NCBI GenBank assembly: GCA_036513415.1
Contig: DATBZA010000033.1
Coordinates: forward strand, 5,344-69,343
Length of the DNA stretch: 64,000 nt
Origin: Myxococcales bacterium
GTDB taxonomy: Bacteria > Myxococcota > Myxococcia > Myxococcales > 40CM-4-68-19
Direction: 5' to 3'
Shown one piece after another: positions 9,413-18,654 of the stretch. Under the pieces are notes generated by a model, which saw only the letters and a list, made by a program, of their open reading frames with translations, did not search any database and was not told the DNA's origin. A program made the translations under genes and the position numbers. Position 1 is the first letter of the stretch. Each line of letters begins with the position of its first letter.

Positions 9413-10218
9413 TCAGTCGACGAGCGCTCCGCACGAGAGGTTGGCAATCGCGGCGGTCATCGCGCTGGCCTGGTCGGAGGCCAGGAAGACCGCCGCGTTT
9501 GCCACCTCGTCCAAGGTGGGCAGCCGCTTGAGCAGGGTCGTCGTCGCCGCTTGCGCCAGCATGGCTTCGACGGTGATCCCTGCGCGCTCGGCGACGGGGC
9601 GGAACACGTCGCGGCTGTGCGAGCCCTTTGCCGTGGCTTCGGGGATCGCATGCGGCCGGAGGCAGTTGACCCGGATGCCGCCCGGTCCGAGCTCGGCGGC
9701 GAGGATGCGGGTGAAGGCTTCGACGGCCGCGCAAGTGACCCCGTAGCCGAGGAACCCGGTCCCCGCCATGCGCGACCCCGGCGTCGACAGGGTCAGGATC
9801 ACGCCCCGGCCCGCCTTGATCATGTGCCGGGCGGCCGCCTTGGCGGTGATGAAGTTGGTCCGGGTGTAGCCCGTGATCGGCAGCGCATACTCCTCGAGCG
9901 ACAGCTCCGCGAAGGGCGTGCCCTGGACATGCCGGATTCCAACCGCGTTGAGCGCGATGTCGATGCGGCCCGCCTTGGCTGCGACGGCATCGGCGTGGGC
10001 GTTCACCGCCCGCTCGTCGAGCGCGTCGACCTGGGCAGTCTCGGCCACGCCTCCCGCGGCCGAGACGTCCTTGGCCACAGCGTCGAGCTCGCCAGCGTGC
10101 GCCCGGCGAGGAACACCTTCGCGCCTTGCCGCGCAAAGGCCCGGGCGACAGCGCCGCCGATGGCGCCTCCGGCTCCGTGGATCAGGGCGGTCTTGTTCTC
10201 GAGGATTCTGTTCGTCAT
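9413..10218 (-). pseudogene. SDR family oxidoreductase split by a 1-nt frameshift (or sequencing error)
   Basis: N-terminal GAGGAIG in frame 10003..10218; remainder in frame 9413..10078; one added base near 10089 restores GRTLAKLDAVAKDV. Confidence 0.8.
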
Positions 10219-10273
10219 GAGCGGATCACTCCATCGTCGGTGGTGAAAGGCGAAATAGCTGCCACCCCCTCTC

Positions 10274-10300
10274 GACGATTGAGCGGTCCGCAGATCGACC
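10274..10300 (-). promoter_or_regulatory. ECF42-type promoter upstream of SDR
   Basis: GGTCGA-17 nt-CGTC on minus strand. Confidence 0.55.
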
Positions 10301-10311
10301 GGGCCGCCCGC

Positions 10312-10992
10312 TCAGGCCGCCGTGGATGGCCCGACGAGCCCGAGCGCGCGGAGAGTGCCGGGGTCGTCCGCGATGGGACGCACCTCGACAGCCCCGATCC
10401 GGGCACCCGGTATCCTCGCCGCGATCCGGATGGCCTCGGCCCGATCCTTCGCCTCGATGAGGAAGTAGCCGCCGATCAGCTCCTTCGTTTCCGCAAACGG
10501 CCCGTCGCTCGTCGACGCCTTGCCCTTCCGCACGCGAACGGTGGTCGCAGTCCCGGCGGGCAGCAGCCGATTGCATCCGATGAGCTGGCCGCGCTTCCTC
10601 AGGTCATCGGTCAACGCGCGGTACTGCGCGAGGTGCCTTCTGGCTTCGGCCTCCGACATCTGCTCCAGCAGCGTATCGGCGCAGATCAGGCAGAGGAACT
10701 GCTTCTGAGCGGGGCGCCGCTCGCGGAAGCGCTCGGACCACCTCGCTACCTCCTTCAGCGGCGCCGTCTCGAGACGGCGCGGCCGCCAATTCGCCTTGCG
10801 CGATTGGGAAACGAGCCCGGCCCGCTGCAGCACCTTCAGGTGCTTCGAAACGGTCGGGAGCCGGAGAGCGAACGGCTTCGCGAGCTCGTTGACGGTCGCC
10901 TCCCCCCGGGAGAGCCGGTCCAGGATCGCGCGGCGAGTGGGGTCGGCCAGGGCGGCGAACGTGAGGCTGAGCTTGTCCACAATTTTCCCCAT
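10312..10992 (-). CDS. ArsR/SmtB HTH fused to YciI/DGPF domain
   Basis: FAALADPTRRAIL...VSKHLKVLQRAGLV, then SDGPFAETKELIGGYF...VEVRPI in one frame. Confidence 0.85.
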   Translation of the reverse strand: MGKIVDKLSLTFAALADPTRRAILDRLSRGEATVNELAKPFALRLPTVSKHLKVLQRAGLVSQSRKANWRPRRLETAPLKEVARWSERFRERRPAQKQFLCLICADTLLEQMSEAEARRHLAQYRALTDDLRKRGQLIGCNRLLPAGTATTVRVRKGKASTSDGPFAETKELIGGYFLIEAKDRAEAIRIAARIPGARIGAVEVRPIADDPGTLRALGLVGPSTAA

Positions 10993-11017
10993 GGGCTAAT
11001 TAGCCATGTGGGAGAAT
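10982..11017. promoter_or_regulatory. putative ArsR operator (two inverted 19-bp boxes over the start codon)
   Basis: ATTTTCCCCATGGGCTAAT (10982-11000) and reverse-strand ATTCTCCCACATGGCTAAT (11017-10999). Confidence 0.6.
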
Positions 11018-11079
11018 AGGTGGGCCTTCGGGCACCGTCAATCCGAGGAGAGCACCGGTTTGATGTCGACCACCTCCCA

Positions 11080-12165
11080 TCACGCGAGCTGGACCGGCAA
11101 CCCAAGGAACGCGCCGTACCGGGTCGCCTCGGCGGCGATGGCTCGGTGCTCGGCCGCCGTCGCCCGGGTGATCACATTCAGGTCCACCTTGACGCCCTTC
11201 CCTTCGAAAGTTCGCCTCCAGCCTCCCACCAACTGCCCGTCGATCCCGATGACGTGCGCCCGGAGTGCCGGATCGGGCAACTTTGCCCCCGCATTCTTAA
11301 GCCGTTCCAGGAATGCGCTCCGATCCTTGAACCCGACGAACGCCTCATCGTAATTCGGCAACAGCCGCGCCTGCGCAGGCCTGCCCGGCGCAGGCTGGTG
11401 CCCGGCGGTGAACCAGTACTCCCTTCCGTCCACGGACTCCCTGTGCAGCTCCCTTGCCGCGGCCGCGGTGCCCCTTCTCGCGTCGGTGACCGTGAGCCCC
11501 GACCACCACGCAAAGTCGTGCACGGTCGCGGGCCCGCGCGTGTAGTACCTCGCCGCCAGCCGCGACAGCGCCTCGTCGCGCTCCAGTGGCGCAGCGGGAG
11601 GCACGCGCTCCTCCAGCAGCGCGTAGGTGGACTGGTTCCCGCGGCGCGCGCCGCTGCAGATGACCCCGTCCAACTCGGCGCGCATCAGCAGCAAGCCGAG
11701 ACGCAACGGCCCGCCGACTTCGATGCGCGCCCGGCGGAGCGCCGCGCCGACATCAGCGCGCGTCAGGTGCTTGCCTCCCTGCAACGCCTTGGTGAGCGCC
11801 GCGCGGCTTCGGCGAGTGACCGCATCATCCAGCTCCAGTTTCCGGAAGTAGTACGCGCTCGCCGCGATCACCCGAGGCGCGGTCAGCGCCAGCATCCAGC
11901 GGATGTCGCGCTCGCGCACGAAATGCCAGGTAGGGCGAAGGATATGGGTGCGCAGGATCGTGCCGGCATTCAAGGCCTGCTCGACCGCCGCGTCCTTCGG
12001 TTCCGCCGTGCGCTGGGCGACTCCCCATTTCGCCGCCAGGTAGTCCTGGGCCTGGACGGCTCCGAACCATCCCACCACGTCGGCCGGACTGTGAAGCGCG
12101 GGTTCGGCGAGGTACTGGCTTGCAAACCGCCGGCGTGCGATGTCGAGCGGGCTGAGCATGAGCAC
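11080..12165 (-). CDS. AlkZ-like winged-helix DNA glycosylase (HTH_42)
   Basis: AVQAQD, RTHILRPTWHFV, GPATVHDFAWWSG, RLLPNYDE. Confidence 0.88.
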   Translation of the reverse strand: MLMLSPLDIARRRFASQYLAEPALHSPADVVGWFGAVQAQDYLAAKWGVAQRTAEPKDAAVEQALNAGTILRTHILRPTWHFVRERDIRWMLALTAPRVIAASAYYFRKLELDDAVTRRSRAALTKALQGGKHLTRADVGAALRRARIEVGGPLRLGLLLMRAELDGVICSGARRGNQSTYALLEERVPPAAPLERDEALSRLAARYYTRGPATVHDFAWWSGLTVTDARRGTAAAARELHRESVDGREYWFTAGHQPAPGRPAQARLLPNYDEAFVGFKDRSAFLERLKNAGAKLPDPALRAHVIGIDGQLVGGWRRTFEGKGVKVDLNVITRATAAEHRAIAAEATRYGAFLGLPVQLA

Positions 12166-12178
12166 TTAGGCCAGGAGG

Positions 12179-12634
12179 CTAGAGCTCGAGCCTGAGGAGC
12201 GGCAGCACCCGCCCTGGAATGGAGCCCGACGGAACCGAGCCAGCGCGGACGGCGCCTTCGCGCAGATAGAACGCCTCCGCGTTCGGGTCGGAATGGATCA
12301 GCAGCGCGCTGAACCCGCTCGATCGTGCGACGTCCCGCGCGGCGCGCAGCAGCGTCCCGCCCACGCCGAGGCCCATCGCCGACGGCTCCACGTACAGGTG
12401 CTCGAGGGTCCCCTCCGGTGGAGCGCCGCGGATGGTGAAGACGCCGAGCAGCGGGCCTCCGTCGCGCTCGGCGACGTGCGCACGAAGAGTCTCCAACTCC
12501 TCTGGGCGCAGCGCCAGTTCCTCGCGGCAGAGGGCGAGGAACTCCTCCCCGTAACCCCAGTGCGCTTTCGAGCGCAGGACCAGCCCGGTCAACGCGGCGG
12601 CTTCGTCGGGGCGTGCGGGACGGATGCGGATCAC
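12179..12634 (-). CDS. GNAT family N-acetyltransferase
   Basis: IRPARPDE, SKAHWGY, LEHLYVEPSAMGLGVG, SDPNAEAFY. Confidence 0.88.
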   Translation of the reverse strand: MIRIRPARPDEAAALTGLVLRSKAHWGYGEEFLALCREELALRPEELETLRAHVAERDGGPLLGVFTIRGAPPEGTLEHLYVEPSAMGLGVGGTLLRAARDVARSSGFSALLIHSDPNAEAFYLREGAVRAGSVPSGSIPGRVLPLLRLEL

Positions 12635-12842
12635 GAGCCATTCTAGCCGCTTCGTCCCGGCGAGCGAGTAGCACAGCGCACCCTCCTCGGCGCCGTTCGT
12701 TTCTTGTTGTCGATTGACGCAGTGCGGCCCGCCCCGGGACGAGTTGCGTTCCAAGCTATTTGCCGCCCAGCTCAGCGGGATCGGCCCAGGAGATGACCGC
12801 CTGTTTCGTGACGGTGCATTCGTTGCCGGCAATGATGCCGAT

Positions 12843-13757
12843 GTGGATGTCGCTTTGAGGGTCCTGACCGCCTACGGTGCGGGCGCGGCGGTCAATCTCG
12901 CGGCAGGGCTCCTGCCCTCGCCGGTGCGTGACGGATCGAGAAGACTCCGTGCGGGTGCAGTCGCCGCCTCGATGTGTGCGCTCGCGATCCCGTTCTTCCT
13001 CGACGCGCCACCCGTGTTCCGCGCGGTCCAGGCCGCGGTCTTCGGTACCCTGTTCTGCCGCGTCGTCGAGATTGCGCGAGCGCCTTGGTGCTATGGGCGG
13101 CGCGAGCGGATCGCCCGGATGCTCCTCGTCCACGACACGCGCCTGATGAAGCCTGTGCCCCGGTCGTTGCCGATCGGTGCGCTCCTCGCCGGAACGATCT
13201 TCCTCATCTCTGGGATCTTGGTCTTCGACGCATCGGCGAGGTTCGCGCCGCCAACGTTGCCTTACGCGCTCGCCGGGTGGCCGCGCTGGCTGACCGCAGC
13301 AGCCGGCAGCTACCTCCTCATCGAGGGGATCTCCGGGATCCTGATTGCGGCGCTCCGTCCGTTCGGCTGGGAGCATGAGGCGGTCCAGCGATCGCCCGTG
13401 CTGTCCCGCACTCTCGCCGAGTTCTGGGGCCTGCGGTGGAACCGGGTAATCGGCCGACTGCTCCGGAGGAACTGCTTCGAACCGCTGGCCCGTCGTGGCG
13501 CTCCGATGCTGGGAGTGCTCCTCGCGTTCGCGGTTAGCGGGCTACTTCACTTCTATCTGGTCCTCCCTGCCGCCGGCCTCGTGCCCGCCATCTGGATGGG
13601 AAGCTTCTTCGCGGTGCACGGGATCCTGTGCCTGGTCGAAACGCGGCTCGCGGTCCGGCGCTGGCCGGCTGTCGCCGGCCATGCATTCGTGGTCGCGGCG
13701 TTCGTGGCCACCATCCCGCTCTTCAGCGAGCCGTTGTTGCGCTGCTTCAAGCGATGA
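12843..13757 (+). CDS. membrane-bound O-acyltransferase (MBOAT_2/wax synthase-like)
   Basis: Multi-TM; SPVLSRTLAEFWGLRWN and FAVSGLLH motifs; start uncertain (ORF open from 12714). Confidence 0.8.
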   Translation: MDVALRVLTAYGAGAAVNLAAGLLPSPVRDGSRRLRAGAVAASMCALAIPFFLDAPPVFRAVQAAVFGTLFCRVVEIARAPWCYGRRERIARMLLVHDTRLMKPVPRSLPIGALLAGTIFLISGILVFDASARFAPPTLPYALAGWPRWLTAAAGSYLLIEGISGILIAALRPFGWEHEAVQRSPVLSRTLAEFWGLRWNRVIGRLLRRNCFEPLARRGAPMLGVLLAFAVSGLLHFYLVLPAAGLVPAIWMGSFFAVHGILCLVETRLAVRRWPAVAGHAFVVAAFVATIPLFSEPLLRCFKR

Positions 13758-13870
13758 AGCGCCGGCTGCTACATGAGGCCGCCGCGCCGTAATGCCGGGG
13801 CGATCAACGCGCACTCGTGGTAGTTGCCTTGCCGGCCGTCCCAATGACGGGGCGCGCAGGTGGAGGCGAG

Positions 13871-14245
13871 ATGGACGAAGGCAACAGGAAGGCGATTTGG
13901 GCCGGACGCGCAGTGTCGATCCTCGTCGCTCTTCCCTTTGTCTACAGCGCAGTGATGAAGCTCATCGTGCACCCCGAGGTCATCAAGGGGATGAGCCACC
14001 TGGGGCTGCCCGAGTCCCTGATCAGGCCGCTGGGCGTCATCGAGTTGCTTTGCGTCGTGGTCTATCTCGTCCCACAGACGTCCGTACTGGGAGCGATCCT
14101 CCTCACCGGATACGTGGGGGGTACCATCATCACTCACTTGCGCGTCGGCGAACCCGTCTACTTCAACATCATCATCGGGCTCTTGATCTGGCTCGGGCTG
14201 TATCTCCGGCGACCTCGACTCCGCGAGCTGCTCTGGTCGACCTAG
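13871..14245 (+). CDS. DoxX family membrane protein
   Basis: LGVIELLC..LYLVPQTSVLGAILLTGYVGGTIITHLRVG; GGAGG RBS. Confidence 0.9.
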   Translation: MDEGNRKAIWAGRAVSILVALPFVYSAVMKLIVHPEVIKGMSHLGLPESLIRPLGVIELLCVVVYLVPQTSVLGAILLTGYVGGTIITHLRVGEPVYFNIIIGLLIWLGLYLRRPRLRELLWST

Positions 14246-14733
14246 TCCTCGGCTAGCTTGTCGGTCGCGCTTCGTCCGGCGTCTACGGTGCGGCGGAGAA
14301 AGTCGGCCAGCACTTCGAGCTCGGCGTCTCCATATCCGGCGCAGATCTCGTTCATCGAGGAGTTCATCCCCGAGTAGAGGCGCATCAGCTCCGGGTTCCG
14401 GTCGCGTCGGGCGCGGACGACGACAGCGCGGCGGTCGGACGGGTCGCGTTCGCGCGCTACCCAGCCGCCGCGTTCGAGCCGGTCCAGGATTCCGGTGATG
14501 GTGGCGGGGTGCAGCGCGGCGCGTTCTGCCAGGGCGCTCGGACTGAGTGGACCGTGGCGCGCGACCAGGTCGAGGCAATCGAGGTCGACGTCGTTGAGGC
14601 CGGCGCGTGCGGAGACCTGATGGTTGAGCAGGGACAGCTGGATGCTCAGCGCCCGCAGCGACTGCTTGATCGCGGCGGTCAACCGCCGCCGGCGCTGCGC
14701 CGCGTCCGAATCGCTTGACGATATGGAAGTCAT
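14242..14733 (-). CDS. MarR family regulator
   Basis: DLDCLDLVARHGPLSPSALA...ITGILDRLERGGWV.R..DPSDRR. Confidence 0.92.
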   Translation of the reverse strand: MTSISSSDSDAAQRRRRLTAAIKQSLRALSIQLSLLNHQVSARAGLNDVDLDCLDLVARHGPLSPSALAERAALHPATITGILDRLERGGWVARERDPSDRRAVVVRARRDRNPELMRLYSGMNSSMNEICAGYGDAELEVLADFLRRTVDAGRSATDKLAED

Positions 14734-14774
14734 ACGATATCTTGTCCGTACAATCTGACGTACGGAGGACAAGT
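14715..14774 (+). promoter_or_regulatory. sigma70-type promoter and inverted repeat of the divergent marR/doxX pair
   Basis: TTGACG(14715)-17 nt-TATCTT(14738); TCCGTAC-N8-GTACGGA repeat reaching into the doxX RBS. Confidence 0.55.
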
Positions 14775-14777
14775 ACC

Positions 14778-15221
14778 ATGATCACCGCGACAGATGCCAT
14801 CCGGGGCTCGACCGCAAACGCGACCCCGGAGCTGGGAACGAGAAGGGATCGAATCGTCTATTGGGCCACCACGGGGATCGTGTGTGCCGTCATGGTGTTC
14901 AGCATCATCAACTTCACCTTCATCGACCGCTTCCCGTTTCCGGAGGGAGCTTTCGTCCATCTGGGTTTGCCCAACTACTTCAGGGCGGAGATTACGGTCG
15001 CCAAGGCATTGGGAGTTCTGGCGCTGCTGGTGCCAGGCATTCCGGCCAGGATCAAGGAGTTCGCGTATTTCGGGTTCGGGATCACCTTGATCTCGGCCAG
15101 CATCGCTCATTTTTCCGTTGGCGATGCGAGGATCAGCGTTTTGTTCATCATCGATCCGCTGATCTTCCTGGGCCTGTTGATCGCTTCCTATTTCTATTTC
15201 CACAAGCTGAGGGATGCCTGA
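14778..15221 (+). CDS. DoxX family membrane protein
   Basis: IVYWATTG, FVHLGLPNYF, KEFAYFGF, AHFSVGD. Confidence 0.88.
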   Translation: MITATDAIRGSTANATPELGTRRDRIVYWATTGIVCAVMVFSIINFTFIDRFPFPEGAFVHLGLPNYFRAEITVAKALGVLALLVPGIPARIKEFAYFGFGITLISASIAHFSVGDARISVLFIIDPLIFLGLLIASYFYFHKLRDA

Positions 15222-15244
15222 ACGAGCTGGGGACTCCAGCGCCC

Positions 15245-17026
15245 TCACGCCCCGCGCAGGTTCCGCTCGGCCAGCGCCAGAATCGCCGCGACGTCCTCGG
15301 ACGCCTCCACGGCTCCCGGAACCCGATGCGCATTCTGCGAGAGGTCCTTCGCCAGCAGAGCCAGCAGGTACCGAAGCCGTGCGCGCGCCTCGCCCTTCAG
15401 GGCGAGGTAGTCCTCGTGCATCTGGTTCACTTCCCAGCGCCGGCCATCGAACCGGCTCCGCCAGGTCTCGCCGGCAGCGTCGACCAGATGCGGCTCCGGG
15501 ATCCCGAAGCCCGCCTCGTCGGGGAGCGGCTCAACGGCCTCCACAGTAGCCTCCGCGGCTGCAGTCCGGGCCCCTTGCTCGACATCGACTCTCAAGCGCG
15601 CGGTCGCTCCGGGGCGGGTTCCCGCCTCCGCCGTCACCGCCGGGCGCGCTCCTTCTCCGCGCACGGAGAAGCCTGCGCCCTCCAGGGTCCAGCGGTAAGC
15701 CACGCCTCGGCGGATCAGCCGCCCGTCGCGGTCGCGAGCTTCGGCGCGCGCACGATGCTCATGCCCAGGCGCGACCTCGACCGGATCGGGAGCGATGCTC
15801 ACCGTGGCGAGGTCGCCGGCGGGGAACAGCTCCAGCTCCGCGGGGGCCGCTTCTTCCGGATCGAGCGGCTCGGGTGCGCCGCGCCCGTCCGCAACATCGC
15901 CACCGCCGGCGCCGAGAACCGGAGGAAGGTCATATTGCGGCAGGCGACCGCGCAGACCGCGCAACGCGCGGCGCAGCTCCTCGACGACCTGCCGATCGGC
16001 CGCTGCACGACGCTCACGGTCCAGTCGCCGGAGCTCGTTCTCGACGAGCGGCCGCAAGTCGATCATCGCGCGAGCGAACGCCTCGGCTGCGCGATCCGGG
16101 ACCACCCCGCGTCGTGAACCCGGGGGCACCGTGAATCCGGGGAAGTCGATCAACCCGGAGAGCTCGCAATCGACCCAAGGCGGCGCGTCGAGATCGAGCG
16201 CGTGCAGCTCGCCGATGTCGTCCGCCACCAGCGTCCCCGCGCAGCTCACCTGGATGGCGGGTCGCTCAGCTCCGCGCGCGACGTACAGCTCGACGTGCGT
16301 AGACGGAAAGCCGGCCACCGGGAACTCGGTGGCGAGCCGCAATGGTTCTCCTGTGAATCGGCGCGGCACCACGGAGAAGCGCTTCTGCGCGGTGCCCTTC
16401 GCCATGGCATCGTGGACCTCCATCTCAACGCCGGACGCAAGGATGGGCCCGCGAAGCTCCGCAGCGAGATACTCCGCCAGGCGGCGGCCGGACAGGGCGC
16501 GCGAGCCGGTCTCGTGCAGCTCGGTGACCACGATTTCGGTGAACGTCTCCGGCGAACCGATCTCGGCGGGCAGTTCGTCGAGACGGACGCGGGGCTCGTC
16601 CTCGACCAGGCGAAGCACGTGCACGCTGGAGCCGGCCACGCGCGAGCGGATCTCCATCCGGTGCCCGATCGACCAGAATCCGAGCAGCCCGACGCCGTAC
16701 TGCCCGGTGACGACCAGACGGCGGCGTTCCTCGGGACTGAGGCTGCGTTTTCTTGAGCTCCCGATGTTCGTCGCGATGTAGCGGAGCGCCTCCTCGCGGC
16801 CGAGACCCGGCAAGACGCCCTCGCCGTCGTCGCGAACGGTGAGCGCCGGACCGCCGCGCAGGCGCCGCCGCGAGACGACGATGTGGCGCGCGTGCGCGTC
16901 GATGGAGTTCTGGACCAGCTCCGCGACGGCCTTGCGCGGATCGGATTGCGAGCGGGCCAGCCAGCGGATGAGATCGAAGGGGTCGGCCGGACGGAGCACC
17001 AAGGTGCGCGCGGACGTCTTCGGCAC
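15245..17026 (-). CDS. GHKL (HSP90/MORC-like) ATPase with C-terminal Ig-like region
   Basis: AELVQNSIDA, VRDDGEG, IGSSRK, GQYGVG boxes; beta-rich segment VSIAPDPVEVAPG...YRWTLEG. Confidence 0.8.
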   Translation of the reverse strand: MPKTSARTLVLRPADPFDLIRWLARSQSDPRKAVAELVQNSIDAHARHIVVSRRRLRGGPALTVRDDGEGVLPGLGREEALRYIATNIGSSRKRSLSPEERRRLVVTGQYGVGLLGFWSIGHRMEIRSRVAGSSVHVLRLVEDEPRVRLDELPAEIGSPETFTEIVVTELHETGSRALSGRRLAEYLAAELRGPILASGVEMEVHDAMAKGTAQKRFSVVPRRFTGEPLRLATEFPVAGFPSTHVELYVARGAERPAIQVSCAGTLVADDIGELHALDLDAPPWVDCELSGLIDFPGFTVPPGSRRGVVPDRAAEAFARAMIDLRPLVENELRRLDRERRAAADRQVVEELRRALRGLRGRLPQYDLPPVLGAGGGDVADGRGAPEPLDPEEAAPAELELFPAGDLATVSIAPDPVEVAPGHEHRARAEARDRDGRLIRRGVAYRWTLEGAGFSVRGEGARPAVTAEAGTRPGATARLRVDVEQGARTAAAEATVEAVEPLPDEAGFGIPEPHLVDAAGETWRSRFDGRRWEVNQMHEDYLALKGEARARLRYLLALLAKDLSQNAHRVPGAVEASEDVAAILALAERNLRGA

Positions 17027-17228
17027 GGACGGCAGTGTAGCGCTTCACCGGCGACTACGTCTCGGTCGGCCGGACGACACGCCGAATTTGCGAGACGCAC
17101 GCTACGGCCCCGGTTAGTTTGCCGCCCGCATGGAGTCCGGCACAGCGGATGCCTTGCACGACGGGCCACCCTCACGAAGCCCTGGAGTAACGAAGACTTG
17201 ACCGCGGGGAGAAAAAGAAGTGCGCACG

Positions 17229-17255
17229 TGTCGATCCCGCGCGCCGCCGTTCGTC
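17229..17255 (+). promoter_or_regulatory. ECF42-type promoter of the doxX-hydrolase-yciI operon
   Basis: TGTCGA(17229)-17 nt-CGTC(17252). Confidence 0.7.
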
Positions 17256-17334
17256 GCCATGGAGAGACGGGGTTCCAACCTCGTCGAAACCGCTCGGAAG
17301 CCCGGCTTCCGACTAGATGAGGGAGACTGCTCGC

Positions 17335-17799
17335 ATGGGAGTGATTCTGGAGAGAGGGAAGTCGATCGAGGCGGCCAGCGTCCCGCGCGCGACCGACACA
17401 CGGACCGCCGTTGTCTCGGGAAAACGGCTCTGGGCCGGACGCATCATGAGCGGCCTCGCGATCCTGTTCCTGGCCTTCGATGCCGTCGGCAAACTGCTGC
17501 GACTGGCTCCTGTCATCGAAGGGTCTACTCAGCTCGGATACCCTGCGAGCGTCGTCTTCGGCCTGGGGGTGGTTCTGCTCGTCTGTGTCGTCACGTATGC
17601 GATTCGATCTACCTCCATACTGGGAGCGATCTTGCTGACAGGCTATCTCGGGGGCGCCATTGCCACCCATGTGCGGGTCGGCAATCCGCTCTTCAGCCAC
17701 ACTCTCTTCCCGATCTACGTCGCCGTCCTGATCTGGGGAGGCCTCTACCTGCGCGACGCCCGGCTCCGCGCGATCATTCCGGTGCGCGCGCGCGACTGA
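17335..17799 (+). CDS. DoxX family membrane protein
   Basis: FLAFDAVGKL, LGYP, TSILGAILLTGYLGGAIATHVRVG. Confidence 0.9.
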   Translation: MGVILERGKSIEAASVPRATDTRTAVVSGKRLWAGRIMSGLAILFLAFDAVGKLLRLAPVIEGSTQLGYPASVVFGLGVVLLVCVVTYAIRSTSILGAILLTGYLGGAIATHVRVGNPLFSHTLFPIYVAVLIWGGLYLRDARLRAIIPVRARD

Positions 17800-17820
17800 C
17801 CACGGTCCAAGGACGACGTC

Positions 17821-18654
17821 ATGGAAACAGTCATTTCGAAAGACGGAACCGCCATTGCGTTCGAGCGGTCCGGCGCGGGGTCCGCGGTCATCCTGGTGGA
17901 CGGTGCGTTGTGCAGTCGAGCGTTCGGGCCCATGCCGAAGCTAGCGCCTTTGCTGGCGCGGCGATTCACCGTGTTCATGTACGACCGCCGGGGCCGGGGC
18001 GACAGCGGCGACACGCGCCCGTATGCGAGGGAGCGCGAGGTCGAAGACATCGAAGCGCTGATCCGGGCAGCGGGCGGATCGGCATTCGTGCTCGGCCTTT
18101 CCTCCGGTGCGGCCTTGGGCCTGCAAGCAGCGGCAAGCGGGCTCCCCATCAAGAAGCTCGCGGTGTACGAGCCGCCGTTCATGATCGATGACGCCGCTCA
18201 CCATGCGGCCGCGGGTCACGAAGAGCAGCTCAAGCGGATGATCGCCGAAGGGCGCCGCGGCGCGGCTGTCAAATACTTCATGCGCAAGATGGTCGGTATC
18301 CCGGCCCTTTTCGTCCTGCTGATGCGCCTGATGATCGGGGTGTGGCGGAAGCTAGAAGCGGTGGCGCATACGCTTCCCTACGACGCCGCCGTCATGGGCG
18401 ACTTCTCGCTGCCGGCCGCGCGGCTTGCATCCATCACCACCCCCACTCTCGCCATCCATGGTGGGAAGACCGACGCGAGGCTGCAAAAAGCAGTGCGGGC
18501 CGTGGCGAAGGCCGTGCCGGGCGCGCAGCTCCGCACGCTGAAGGGTCAGACGCACAACGTGAAGCCGGAGGTCCTTTCGACCGTGGTCGTGGAGTTTTTC
18601 GCGGGTGAGCACGCCTTGCGCAGCGATCCGGAGGCACGTCGATGCGGGTCATGA
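17821..18654 (+). CDS. alpha/beta hydrolase
   Basis: SKDGTAIA, YDRRGRGDSG, GLSSG nucleophile elbow, GQTH. Confidence 0.92.
   Translation: METVISKDGTAIAFERSGAGSAVILVDGALCSRAFGPMPKLAPLLARRFTVFMYDRRGRGDSGDTRPYAREREVEDIEALIRAAGGSAFVLGLSSGAALGLQAAASGLPIKKLAVYEPPFMIDDAAHHAAAGHEEQLKRMIAEGRRGAAVKYFMRKMVGIPALFVLLMRLMIGVWRKLEAVAHTLPYDAAVMGDFSLPAARLASITTPTLAIHGGKTDARLQKAVRAVAKAVPGAQLRTLKGQTHNVKPEVLSTVVVEFFAGEHALRSDPEARRCGS

Noticed and set aside
13814..13840. Possible fourth ECF42 promoter before doxX 13871
   Set aside because: CGTC is present but there is no TGTCGA-like hexamer at 17-nt spacing
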